A program made the translations under genes and the position numbers. DNA of 64,000 nucleotides from Candidatus Eiseniibacteriota bacterium (GTDB lineage Bacteria; Patescibacteriota; Microgenomatia; Levybacterales; UBA12049), in assembly GCA_035631115.1 (NCBI GenBank), contig DASQJJ010000006.1:11551-75550 (forward strand), read 5' to 3'. The notes beneath the pieces were generated by a model. It worked only from the letters and a program-made list of their open reading frames with translations. It did no database searches and was not told where the DNA came from. Numbering within the stretch: the first letter of the stretch is position 1; each line of letters starts with the position of its first letter. Below, one piece after another: positions 8,749-17,627 of the stretch.

Positions 8749-10190
8749 TGTTTGTGATGTAAATTTATAATAAGATACTGCGGTGTTACTGCAACAACTT
8801 TATAGTCCTTTCCAAATCCATTCAAATCATTTGGTGTTGGATTTGGAATAACAATATAGTCAGCTCCCATTTTTATCATATCTTCAAGCGGCTTCTCCAA
8901 ACTCGCCCAACCAAAACGATTTGTCTGATAGAGAAGTGTCGAATCACCATTATAAAAAGTGAGGATTTTTGCATTCTTAGGTGTTACTCTATCGACTGCT
9001 TTCCCGGCAACAACAATATTTGGATTATTAATATTAAAGAAATCTCTCACAGAATACCACCCAAAGGCAATAGAAAATAAGCAGCAAACACAGAGAAGTA
9101 CCCATCCAGCATATGTATTGACTACCTCCTTTGAGGACACAAAAAGAAACTCGCTACCAAGCCCCAAAAGTATTACAACACTTGGCATTATGACCAATTG
9201 ATAGTAGTCATGCTGAACATTTCCTCTCGCAATAACGGTAAGGTATACTAAGCTTGATACGAAAAAAGATAAGAAAAATCCAATATGCTTTTTCTTTGCA
9301 ATAATCCCGATAACCAATAATGCTACTCCCCAATACCCTAAGATAAGCCTTCCCATTCTCTCAGCGAATAACCAGTAAAAAAACGATCCTGTAAAACGAA
9401 TGTTACCTCCATTAAAAAGCCAATCATTTGCAGGAATTCCTTCTGGATACTGAAGCATCCACAATCTCCATGCGACAAAAGGCGTTATAGCGAGAATCAA
9501 ATAAGCATATATTTGCCATTTGAGAAAAAATGCAAAGCCAAATTTTTTCCAAAGAAGATACAAAAATGGTAAGGCATAAAAAAGCGCATATGGCATAATA
9601 AGAATAGATGCTGTAATAAGAAAAAGCGAAATACAAAAAAATAGATACTTCTTACCAGTCGATTGCACATCTAGGAAGAGGTCAAAAAAATAGACACTTC
9701 CTAGTAGTGTTGCCAGCATTGAAGATGCTGGGAGTATTGTTCGGGAATAGTAAATAACAAATGGTAAGAAGGCGTAAAAAAAGACTGCAAAGTATCCAGA
9801 TGTTTTGCTTGCATATTTTTTACAAAGAAGGTAGATAAAAATCATTACAAAAAGAGAGGAGAAAATTGTAACAAGTCGTCCCCATTCCTCAAGAGTAAAA
9901 TGACCAAGTAATACATACAATCCTGCCTGAGCAGTATTGTAGAGTGGGAATTCTGCAAAGAAATATCCTTTTGGATTTTCATATTTTCCATCGGTTTGGA
10001 CATTGGAAATATTGTCAATTCGCGGATGCAGCAAATCAAATCCATATTTAACAAAATTTCGCGATACTGAAGACGTATCTGCTTGTCTCCAAGAATGCCA
10101 GTCTGCAATGGGACCAGAAAATCGATAGAGTCGTACCGTAAAAGCCCCAATAAGAAGAAGCGTTAGAAGAATAATTTCCAATTTTTTCAT
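8745..10190 (-). CDS. GT-C fold (ArnT/PMT_2-like) membrane glycosyltransferase
   Basis: Polytopic; first-loop WHSWRQADT, EFPLY, YYSRT, HDYYQ. Confidence 0.8.
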   Translation of the reverse strand: MKKLEIILLTLLLIGAFTVRLYRFSGPIADWHSWRQADTSSVSRNFVKYGFDLLHPRIDNISNVQTDGKYENPKGYFFAEFPLYNTAQAGLYVLLGHFTLEEWGRLVTIFSSLFVMIFIYLLCKKYASKTSGYFAVFFYAFLPFVIYYSRTILPASSMLATLLGSVYFFDLFLDVQSTGKKYLFFCISLFLITASILIMPYALFYALPFLYLLWKKFGFAFFLKWQIYAYLILAITPFVAWRLWMLQYPEGIPANDWLFNGGNIRFTGSFFYWLFAERMGRLILGYWGVALLVIGIIAKKKHIGFFLSFFVSSLVYLTVIARGNVQHDYYQLVIMPSVVILLGLGSEFLFVSSKEVVNTYAGWVLLCVCCLFSIAFGWYSVRDFFNINNPNIVVAGKAVDRVTPKNAKILTFYNGDSTLLYQTNRFGWASLEKPLEDMIKMGADYIVIPNPTPNDLNGFGKDYKVVAVTPQYLIINLHHKQ

Positions 10191-10194
10191 TACT

Positions 10195-13100
10195 TTAATA
10201 TTCTAGTAACTGATAATCCTTATCAAAATCAAAAACATATTCATTATTAAGAATAATGCTTGGGTGAGAGTGCTTTATTGCTAAAGATTCGTCAACGTCT
10301 TTGGTCTTTACAACCTTTATCGAATCGTCTCGATATACAAACCATAATCCATCATCAAATCCAACGGGGAAAATCCACGCGTTTCCATATCGCGTTGGCA
10401 TATGAGAAATATACAGCGTTGCATGACTTGGCATATATTCCTTGACTACTCGAAAGTATGCCAACGCACTATATGTTGCAGCACTTGCTTTATTCCACTG
10501 ACTCAATTCACTGGTGATTGCATTTTTTGCATACAGGAAAAATACAATTCCCACCACTGCTATGGCAATTTTTATTGAAAGATTTCTCTGGCCACCGGCA
10601 GGCAGGTTTTTTGCTTTTTGCACTAATGTGCGAAGCAGTGCAATGACAACAAAAACAAATCCCAAAGACCCTAGATAGCTATATCTTTCGCTAAGATTTC
10701 CTAGTCCTAAAAATGGTAAAAGAGCAATAAAGCCAAATAGAAACCCAAACAATACGAATCTCAACAAATCAGTATCTACCTTTTTCCATAATTTATAGCA
10801 GGCAAGTACAACAACCACCAACATACTAACAAGTCCAAGGCCAACCCAAAGTGCATGCATTTTTGCGACCTGCCTTATTGCAAATTGCCATGCAACCACT
10901 TTCTCTCCAATAAAGGATGCAAGGAGATAATTTGTATAATTCGCAATAAAATTTGGAATAAGGTGAGAAAGACTATATGAATAGTCTCCACCAAGTGCCG
11001 CAACATGTGCTGACGAACGAATAAAAAGATATATACCATCAAAAATAATAAATGGTACAAGAGAAATAATTGTATTTTTTGTAAGCTTTTTCTTTAAAAG
11101 GAATACGTCTGTTATAAGAAAAAGTAATGGCAAGACGACTCCCATTTCGTAGGTAAAAAGACCCAACACGCCTAATAAAAGCGACAAAACATATAATGCT
11201 CTTGATTGTTTTTGTCTCCAATATACATACGCAACAAGCGCGTAGACCATAAAAAGCGTTGACCAGCTAATGGACAGGGTGGAAATCCAAAAAAGTACTT
11301 CTGAATGAACTGGCAAAATGAGATAGATTGCTGACAAAGTCCATGCCCAGAGTTTTTTCTTAAAAAGTGCCATTCCCAACAAATAGACTCCAATTCCTAT
11401 AAAGAAATGGACAAAAATTCCAATTGTATGGTACCCAACAGGTTGGAAAGAAAATACTGAGTACATGACAAACATAATAATTTTTGCTAAGGGCCGGTAG
11501 AAAAACCCTTGCGCATCATAAAACCATCGTGCAATATCTCCCGGGTGTGCTGTTGCTCCCCACTTAAGCCAAGTAAAATCATCTGCTACAAAAAAGTTAG
11601 TGAGTCCTCCTCCAAATACAACAAACACAAGAATACAAAGCACTAAGAGAAGGAAAAAATGAGATGACAAAACTTTTCTAAGATTTTGCATATAGACAAC
11701 ACGCTTGGGGAGCGTAAGTGAAAGTCCACCAATAACTACACCCAAAAGTATCCAGAGTGTCTCAGCCACTTTGGACGCCTCAAACACGTCTATAAGTCCG
11801 GCGTTAAGTATAAGGCCCACAACGCCTCCCACTGTTCCCAAGGCAAGATATCTGGTTGTTGGAGAAGTTTCTGGAAGTACTTCTCTGAGAAAAATTGCAA
11901 AAACAATAAATATAAGCGCAAATGTTGCAAAACCTATAAATCCTGATTCGCCAAGAAGACGCAAGTAGTCGTTGTCTGTTGCGAGGGTAATTGTTGAATA
12001 ACCTTTTCCAAAAGGAGGATCTGTCATAAATGCAGCCCAAGCATTAGGCCATTCAGCCTGAAAACGAGTAGTAAATGAAATGTCATAGACCAGTGCTTTT
12101 TGGGTAAGAAAATTCCCCGACACTGTTGAAATCTCGAGTCCTCCATTGGCAAGCTTAAGTCGCTGAGCCTCAGAAGTACGTATGGGACTTCTTATGTATG
12201 CATTTGTTGTTGCAACTGCTGTTTGGGAAAATGTAATAAAACTAGACCCTGTTGGAAGATTTTGTGTGGGAGGAGGTGCCTCAACAACAACTGAATCATT
12301 TTTGGAAATTTTCTTTTTAAGACTATCTGGTAAATTATTCTCTGCAAGACCAACAACTCTTCCCTGATTATCTGTGATAACACTAACAACTCGGAAAGTC
12401 TCCAGGAAACGCTTTGCCGTAGACCCTGAGAAAATAAGAAGAAACGCAATGCTTAAGAGTACCACTGGAAGAAGAAGTTTCTTTTTTTTCATGAGTATAA
12501 GAGAAACAGTCGCACCAACTAAATATGCACTAAAAGATACGCGAGACGCAGTGAAAAGAAGAAGCATAAGTGAGGTAATAAATAAAATTCCAACACCAAT
12601 CTTTGCTGCGACTTTTTTTACTAATACAAAAATACCAAGAAGCACGGGCAACATAACTACCAAAAACGCTGCTAAATCATAATGTCCTCCAAATGTTGAG
12701 GTAATTCGTGCTTCCTGAGGCAGACATAACGCTAAGCCTTTTGCAAATTCCTCGTTACCTGTTTGGAAAGATGGAAAACAATATGAGAAATGCTCAAAAA
12801 ATTTAGGGAATATACCCCACAGCACTAAGTAAAACCGTTGCCCAAATCCGTACAAAACAACGGCAGAAAGCGCAATGCACGTAACAATAATAAAATCCCT
12901 AATGTCCTTTGCACTCCGAATAGTTGAAAAAGCAATAAAGAATAAAATCATATACTCTATTCTTCTTCCATATTCAAGAATTGCTAAATGTGGGAAAAAT
13001 CCAACCAAATGTGGTCCAATAAATACAAGCGAAATAAGAAGAGATATCAATCCAGAAAGCCAGTAGATAGCAACCGGGATACCTACGGGCAGAGGCAATT

Positions 13101-13296
13101 TTACTTTTCTTCGCAGAAGTTGTACTAACCAAATAATAACAAGAGACGCAATAATAAAATCTTCAAGGCGAATGTACACCCATGTTCGGACGATGTGAAT
13201 ACTAGGAAGCTTTGGATAGAGTTGGACAAATGCAAAAGTGAACAAAACACCAATTTTAAGAATAGTATTATCTAACCACGTTAAGAGCTTTTTCAT
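10195..13296 (-). CDS. fusion of an O-antigen ligase/Wzy_C-like domain (N-terminal) and a GT-C domain (C-terminal)
   Basis: N-half RITSTFGGHYDLA, TASRVS, ATDNDYLRLLGESG; C-half FFVADDFTW, FFYRPL, HSEVLFWIS, TYE, ERYSY. Confidence 0.75.
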   Translation of the reverse strand: MKKLLTWLDNTILKIGVLFTFAFVQLYPKLPSIHIVRTWVYIRLEDFIIASLVIIWLVQLLRRKVKLPLPVGIPVAIYWLSGLISLLISLVFIGPHLVGFFPHLAILEYGRRIEYMILFFIAFSTIRSAKDIRDFIIVTCIALSAVVLYGFGQRFYLVLWGIFPKFFEHFSYCFPSFQTGNEEFAKGLALCLPQEARITSTFGGHYDLAAFLVVMLPVLLGIFVLVKKVAAKIGVGILFITSLMLLLFTASRVSFSAYLVGATVSLILMKKKKLLLPVVLLSIAFLLIFSGSTAKRFLETFRVVSVITDNQGRVVGLAENNLPDSLKKKISKNDSVVVEAPPPTQNLPTGSSFITFSQTAVATTNAYIRSPIRTSEAQRLKLANGGLEISTVSGNFLTQKALVYDISFTTRFQAEWPNAWAAFMTDPPFGKGYSTITLATDNDYLRLLGESGFIGFATFALIFIVFAIFLREVLPETSPTTRYLALGTVGGVVGLILNAGLIDVFEASKVAETLWILLGVVIGGLSLTLPKRVVYMQNLRKVLSSHFFLLLVLCILVFVVFGGGLTNFFVADDFTWLKWGATAHPGDIARWFYDAQGFFYRPLAKIIMFVMYSVFSFQPVGYHTIGIFVHFFIGIGVYLLGMALFKKKLWAWTLSAIYLILPVHSEVLFWISTLSISWSTLFMVYALVAYVYWRQKQSRALYVLSLLLGVLGLFTYEMGVVLPLLFLITDVFLLKKKLTKNTIISLVPFIIFDGIYLFIRSSAHVAALGGDYSYSLSHLIPNFIANYTNYLLASFIGEKVVAWQFAIRQVAKMHALWVGLGLVSMLVVVVLACYKLWKKVDTDLLRFVLFGFLFGFIALLPFLGLGNLSERYSYLGSLGFVFVVIALLRTLVQKAKNLPAGGQRNLSIKIAIAVVGIVFFLYAKNAITSELSQWNKASAATYSALAYFRVVKEYMPSHATLYISHMPTRYGNAWIFPVGFDDGLWFVYRDDSIKVVKTKDVDESLAIKHSHPSIILNNEYVFDFDKDYQLLEY
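10587..10606. repeat. degenerate GC-rich palindrome in-frame (LPAGGQ)
   Basis: TCTGGCCACCGGCAGGCAGG, an imperfect inverted repeat in an inter-TM loop. Confidence 0.5.
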
Positions 13297-14149
13297 AAGT
13301 TGACGAAAGATATTCGTTTTTTATTAGCTTTCCTAATAATACCAGAATGCGTGCCTTAGTTTGAAGTAGGAGTTTTACAAGTACTTGCTGTGTTCTACTT
13401 TTATGCTTTTGGTAAAAATAGAGGATTCCCTCATAAATATGAACAATCGCAAAGCTTCTACTACTACTTCCTTGGTCTTTGTGAATAATTTCTATTTCGG
13501 GAAAAGTCCAATTTGTTTTGCCCATTAGGTGCACTCGATAACACAACTCCATATCTTCTGTATACATAAAAATCTTTTCATCAAATCCTTTTAATTTTTC
13601 AAAAAGTACTTTCGTCATCATAAAGCATGCGCCTTTTACCCAATCTACTTGTTGAGGCTTTTGCTCTGTTGTTTTTGCAGAATCCAACCTTTCTTTGCCA
13701 AGAAGCAGTAATAATACTTGGGGTAAGGAATAGAATGCACCAAATGAGTGCTGCATTGTCCCATTTGGATTTTTTAAGACTCCACCCAATACACCAATCT
13801 CCTGATGCTCGCGGAGATAACTCACCATACTTTCTAAGCCTTTCCCAACGACTGTATCGTTGTTGAGAAAAAGCAAATAGTCTCCTTTTGCATGAGCAGC
13901 GCCAAAATTATTTCCTCCACCAAATCCATTATTCTCTTTATGAGAAAGGACATGGACATTTTTATATTTTTCTTTCCTTATTTCTTTCTCAAGAATCTCC
14001 ACCGAATCATCTTGAGAAAAATTATCTACAATAATAAGCTCGAATTCGTCTTTCTCGAAATGTCCCTTATACTCTTTATAAAGAGATTGCATACATACTA
14101 TCGTCAGTAAAGGTTTTTTGTAATTAATCGTAATAATGGATAGATGCAT
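13268..14149 (-). CDS. GT2 glycosyltransferase
   Basis: LSIITINY, VDNFSQD, GFGGGNN, FLNNDT, FMYTED; start reassigned to 14149. Confidence 0.9.
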   Translation of the reverse strand: MHLSIITINYKKPLLTIVCMQSLYKEYKGHFEKDEFELIIVDNFSQDDSVEILEKEIRKEKYKNVHVLSHKENNGFGGGNNFGAAHAKGDYLLFLNNDTVVGKGLESMVSYLREHQEIGVLGGVLKNPNGTMQHSFGAFYSLPQVLLLLLGKERLDSAKTTEQKPQQVDWVKGACFMMTKVLFEKLKGFDEKIFMYTEDMELCYRVHLMGKTNWTFPEIEIIHKDQGSSSRSFAIVHIYEGILYFYQKHKSRTQQVLVKLLLQTKARILVLLGKLIKNEYLSSTYEKALNVVR

Positions 14150-14153
14150 AGAA

Positions 14154-14747
14154 TTAGCGAAACAAAGCAGCTCGACCGAGTTTGTAGGTAAAATTATGAA
14201 GATTTCTTTTTCTAATTTCTTTTGCTGGTACTCCGCCGACAATAGAATTTTCCTCTACGTCTTTTGTTACAACAGCACCTGCTCCAACTACTGCACCCTT
14301 TGCAATATGGACACCTGGTAAAATTATTGCACGAGGACCAATAAATACATAATCGTCAATGATAACTTCGCCTGTTATTGCTCTAAAATCTTCTCTCTCT
14401 ATATCATGCTGGGCGTTATAAATCATTACCTCACTGGCAATATCTACATGATTTCCAATGGATAATTTTGCTCTTCCATCCAGTACCACATTCTCTCCAA
14501 TAATTGTATCTTCCCCAAGGGACACATTTCTTGTGTCATAAAAAACAGCGCCAATATGAATTGCAGACCCTTTGCCTATTTTTACACCACCAAGACGATA
14601 AAAGAATCGTCTTACATGGTGAGATGGTACATATCCTACAAATCTAACAACCATCATTTCAAATTCTAAATCCATTGCGTCCATACGCCTCAGCAATTTA
14701 ACCACTATTTCTTTTAAAGATAATGTTTTACCGTTTCTGTCTTTCAT
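14154..14747 (-). CDS. hexapeptide-repeat (LbH) sugar O-acyltransferase
   Basis: VIIDDYVFIGPRAIILPGVHIAKGAVVGAGAVVTKDV..GGVPAK. Confidence 0.9.
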   Translation of the reverse strand: MKDRNGKTLSLKEIVVKLLRRMDAMDLEFEMMVVRFVGYVPSHHVRRFFYRLGGVKIGKGSAIHIGAVFYDTRNVSLGEDTIIGENVVLDGRAKLSIGNHVDIASEVMIYNAQHDIEREDFRAITGEVIIDDYVFIGPRAIILPGVHIAKGAVVGAGAVVTKDVEENSIVGGVPAKEIRKRNLHNFTYKLGRAALFR

Positions 14748-14756
14748 AATTTTGTT

Positions 14757-14782
14757 CGGGGTCCTGTCGACTCGTCACCCCT
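14757..14782. repeat. intergenic GC-rich hairpin (REP-like), no U-tract
   Basis: GGGGT-CCTGTCGACTCGTC-ACCCC; shares CGAGTCGA with the 8101 element. Confidence 0.45.
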
Positions 14783-15907
14783 CTATGCTTTATTATTGCT
14801 TGCCACTTGTTGTAAAACTTCTAGTGTTTCTTTTGCTGTTTTTTCCCAAGAAAATTTCTTCACCTGCTCAAACCCTTTTTTTACCATTTCCTCTCGTAAT
14901 TTTGGATTGTCTAGTAATTTTTGTATTGCTTTCGTAATCTCATTAACATCTTCTGGGTTAACATAGAGAGCGCCGTCTCCTCCAGCTTCTGGTAACGAAG
15001 AGACATTACTGGTAATAACTGGCGTACCATATTTCATTGCCTCAACAACAGGCAGCCCAAATCCTTCATACAGACTTGGCAAAACAAACATCATTGCATG
15101 CTTATAAAGCGAAGGCAAATCGTCATTGCCTACAAATTCCAAGAATTTTACATCCTCTTCAACTCCAAATTTTTGTGGTGCAGCAAGAATCTCTTCATAT
15201 AACCATCCCTTTTTCCCAACAATCACGAGCTCTATCTTCTTTTCTTCATTATTTTTTAACATACTAAATGCCTCTATGAGTCGTGCAATATTTTTCCTTG
15301 GCTGAAGTGTCCCAACGAATAATATGTAGTTTTCGCCAATCCCAAACTTTTTCTGCATGTCTTTTTTATTAACTGCATTATTCATATTGCTTAATTCATT
15401 TTTTATTCCTGGATACGTTACGACCACCTTTTTTGGATTTTTTTGATACATCTGAATTATATCATTTCTTGATGCATTGCTTATGGTAAAGACACGCGAT
15501 GCATTTTTTACTGAGTACTTCGTCCAGGACGTTAACTGGTACAAATCTCTTCTTGCAAAAAGCTCTGGAAAATGAAGATATGACACATCCATTACGGCAA
15601 TTGCTGTTGGTATTGGGCAAAATCGCGGCGCATAATGAGTCGGTGAAAAAAATACATCTGGACGGGGAAAGTGAGTAAATAAGTATAACGGAAGACCTAT
15701 CTGTGTCCATAGTTTTTTTGGACCAACAAGAACATATTTCCATCCAGGTCTTTGTTTGGGCATATCTTCCCGGGGTGGATGTTTTAAATAAATATGGAAT
15801 TCAATTGAGGCTGTTTTGTAAAACTGGAGAAGCAGCTGATATGCATATTCTCCTATTCCTACTCTATTCTGCTGATTTGCCTCATTTCCATCTATACCAA
15901 TAATCAT
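14783..15907 (-). CDS. GT4 glycosyltransferase (MtfB-like)
   Basis: [32 protein letters not shown]. Confidence 0.92.
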   Translation of the reverse strand: MIIGIDGNEANQQNRVGIGEYAYQLLLQFYKTASIEFHIYLKHPPREDMPKQRPGWKYVLVGPKKLWTQIGLPLYLFTHFPRPDVFFSPTHYAPRFCPIPTAIAVMDVSYLHFPELFARRDLYQLTSWTKYSVKNASRVFTISNASRNDIIQMYQKNPKKVVVTYPGIKNELSNMNNAVNKKDMQKKFGIGENYILFVGTLQPRKNIARLIEAFSMLKNNEEKKIELVIVGKKGWLYEEILAAPQKFGVEEDVKFLEFVGNDDLPSLYKHAMMFVLPSLYEGFGLPVVEAMKYGTPVITSNVSSLPEAGGDGALYVNPEDVNEITKAIQKLLDNPKLREEMVKKGFEQVKKFSWEKTAKETLEVLQQVASNNKA

Positions 15908-15910
15908 ATT

Positions 15911-16441
15911 TTATATTCCAGGATAAATTACCGCTAATCGCTTTTCTGGGATACCCAGTATTTCCATAGCATCTTTTTTTGTTGCTTTCGAGATGCAGAT
16001 AATTCTCTCCACTTCTTTTTTAACCCACTCTAATCTTGCTTTCTGAACTTTCACTATCTTCGCGTCTGTTTCTTGTGGGTATGTGTATACAATCATGTCG
16101 TACAAAATGGTAACTTTCTTTGCTTTGGTTGGAGGCTGTGTCCAATCGGATGAAATAAATACATCTACCGGACCAATAAGCCATTCTATCGGTACAAGAT
16201 GTAGTTTGTTCCAAAGAATATTTAAAAAGGTTGGTGGAAATTTAAAAATTTTAAATTGAACTTTTGAATTTGATTGAAAATTAAAAATTGAAAATTGAAA
16301 ATTTTTCCGCATTGAGGAATAGAAAAGAATATACTCGTTTTCTTTATCCTGTTGAACCAAGTTCTGAACAAGATTAGTAAGGTATGTTGCCACCCCTGTC
16401 CCCTGATAGGCTAGTTGAGAAATATCTATTCCAATTTTCAT
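15911..16441 (-). CDS. stand-alone GT4 N-terminal (acceptor-side) domain, or truncated GT4
   Basis: MKIGIDIS..TGVATY, TILYDM; ends at AVIYPGI, the interdomain boundary; no EX7E domain. Confidence 0.7.
   Translation of the reverse strand: MKIGIDISQLAYQGTGVATYLTNLVQNLVQQDKENEYILFYSSMRKNFQFSIFNFQSNSKVQFKIFKFPPTFLNILWNKLHLVPIEWLIGPVDVFISSDWTQPPTKAKKVTILYDMIVYTYPQETDAKIVKVQKARLEWVKKEVERIICISKATKKDAMEILGIPEKRLAVIYPGI
16242..16305. repeat. heptamer (TTGAAAA) array, in-frame
   Basis: TTGAAAA TTAAAAA TTGAAAA TTGAAAA at 16274-16301, preceded by TTTGA and degenerate units; encodes NFQFSIFNFQSNSKVQFKIFK. Confidence 0.8.
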
Positions 16442-16659
16442 ATCTTCTTTTTATTGTGAAGCAAAAAAAGAAAAATTGCCAGAAGTAAGCATATACCACC
16501 ATAGTAGGTAAATCTTTCCGCAGTAAAAAATACCCAGGAAGCAAAAAGCGGCATAGAAATAACTATACATCCTAACCCAGCTGCTACTACATAATAAGGA
16601 TTTCTCTTCCAAAGAAGGAAAGCGAGAAAAATAACAAAGATAATATCCTGAATTTTCAT
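16438..16659 (-). CDS. small hydrophobic membrane protein (about 3 TM)
   Basis: 73 aa, hydrophobic, ATGA overlaps with both neighbours. Confidence 0.75.
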   Translation of the reverse strand: MKIQDIIFVIFLAFLLWKRNPYYVVAAGLGCIVISMPLFASWVFFTAERFTYYGGICLLLAIFLFLLHNKKKI

Positions 16660-17627
16660 GTACCAATAACGATTTCTTCTTTACTTCTTGTATCACTCCT
16701 ATACCTCAAGCGGAAATGTGTTGCATGATCTACGGTAGAAAATCGTGTCATGGTATTAAGAAAAAGATCTGCCAAAAATCCTGCAACAAGCACTTGAAGT
16801 CCTGCCAACAACAAAACTATTCCCAAAAAAAGCAAAGGTCTTGTTCCTATAGAATGTCCAGAGAAATGCACAAAAGAAAGGTAAACCAAAACGATAATGC
16901 CAATAAAAGAGAGAATACCTCCTAGCATACCAAAGAAGTGCAAAGGTCTTCTTCCATACTTTGTTAGGAAAAGCATAGTAAGAATATCTGGTAAATCTTT
17001 CCACAATTTCGAAAATCCATACTTTGATTTACCATATGCCCTTTCGCTATGGGCAACAGCAACCTCTGTAACAATAAATCCTTCTCCAAAAACAAGGAGT
17101 GGAATAAAGCGATGCATTCCTCCATATAGACGAAGACTCTTTGCTGCATCACTTGTGTAGAGTTTAAGACCACAATTGTAGTCGTGAAGTTGCAATCCCC
17201 AAAAAATGCTTGCAAAAAAATTAAATAACCTTGATGAAACCACTTTTTGTATTGGATCTTTTCTTTTTTTTCTCCATCCACAGACAAGGTCGTATCCTTC
17301 TCTTGCTTTTTTATAGAGTGTTTGGATTTCCTCTGGTCTATCTTGTAAATCCGCATCGAGAGTAACAATATATTCTCCTTTTGCCATTTGAAATCCAAGC
17401 GTTAATGCTTCTGATTTTCCCTGATTTTTCCTAAAGGAAAAGAGTTTTATTTTTTTATCTCTCTGAGTCATTTTCTTAAGAAAATCAAGACTTCCATCTG
17501 TAGACCCATCATCAATGAAAAGTATTTCGTATTGCTTGTCTAGTTTCTGCAGGGCTTTTTGCAATTCTGGAAGAAAGTGGGGCAGACTCTCGTATTCATT
17601 AAAAACAGGAATAACTGCACTAATCAT
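16656..17627 (-). CDS. GT2 polyprenol-phosphate glycosyltransferase (ArnC/GtrB-like)
   Basis: IDDGSTD, FRKNQGKS, TLDADLQD, HRFIP, two C-terminal TMs. Confidence 0.9.
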   Translation of the reverse strand: MISAVIPVFNEYESLPHFLPELQKALQKLDKQYEILFIDDGSTDGSLDFLKKMTQRDKKIKLFSFRKNQGKSEALTLGFQMAKGEYIVTLDADLQDRPEEIQTLYKKAREGYDLVCGWRKKRKDPIQKVVSSRLFNFFASIFWGLQLHDYNCGLKLYTSDAAKSLRLYGGMHRFIPLLVFGEGFIVTEVAVAHSERAYGKSKYGFSKLWKDLPDILTMLFLTKYGRRPLHFFGMLGGILSFIGIIVLVYLSFVHFSGHSIGTRPLLFLGIVLLLAGLQVLVAGFLADLFLNTMTRFSTVDHATHFRLRYRSDTRSKEEIVIGT

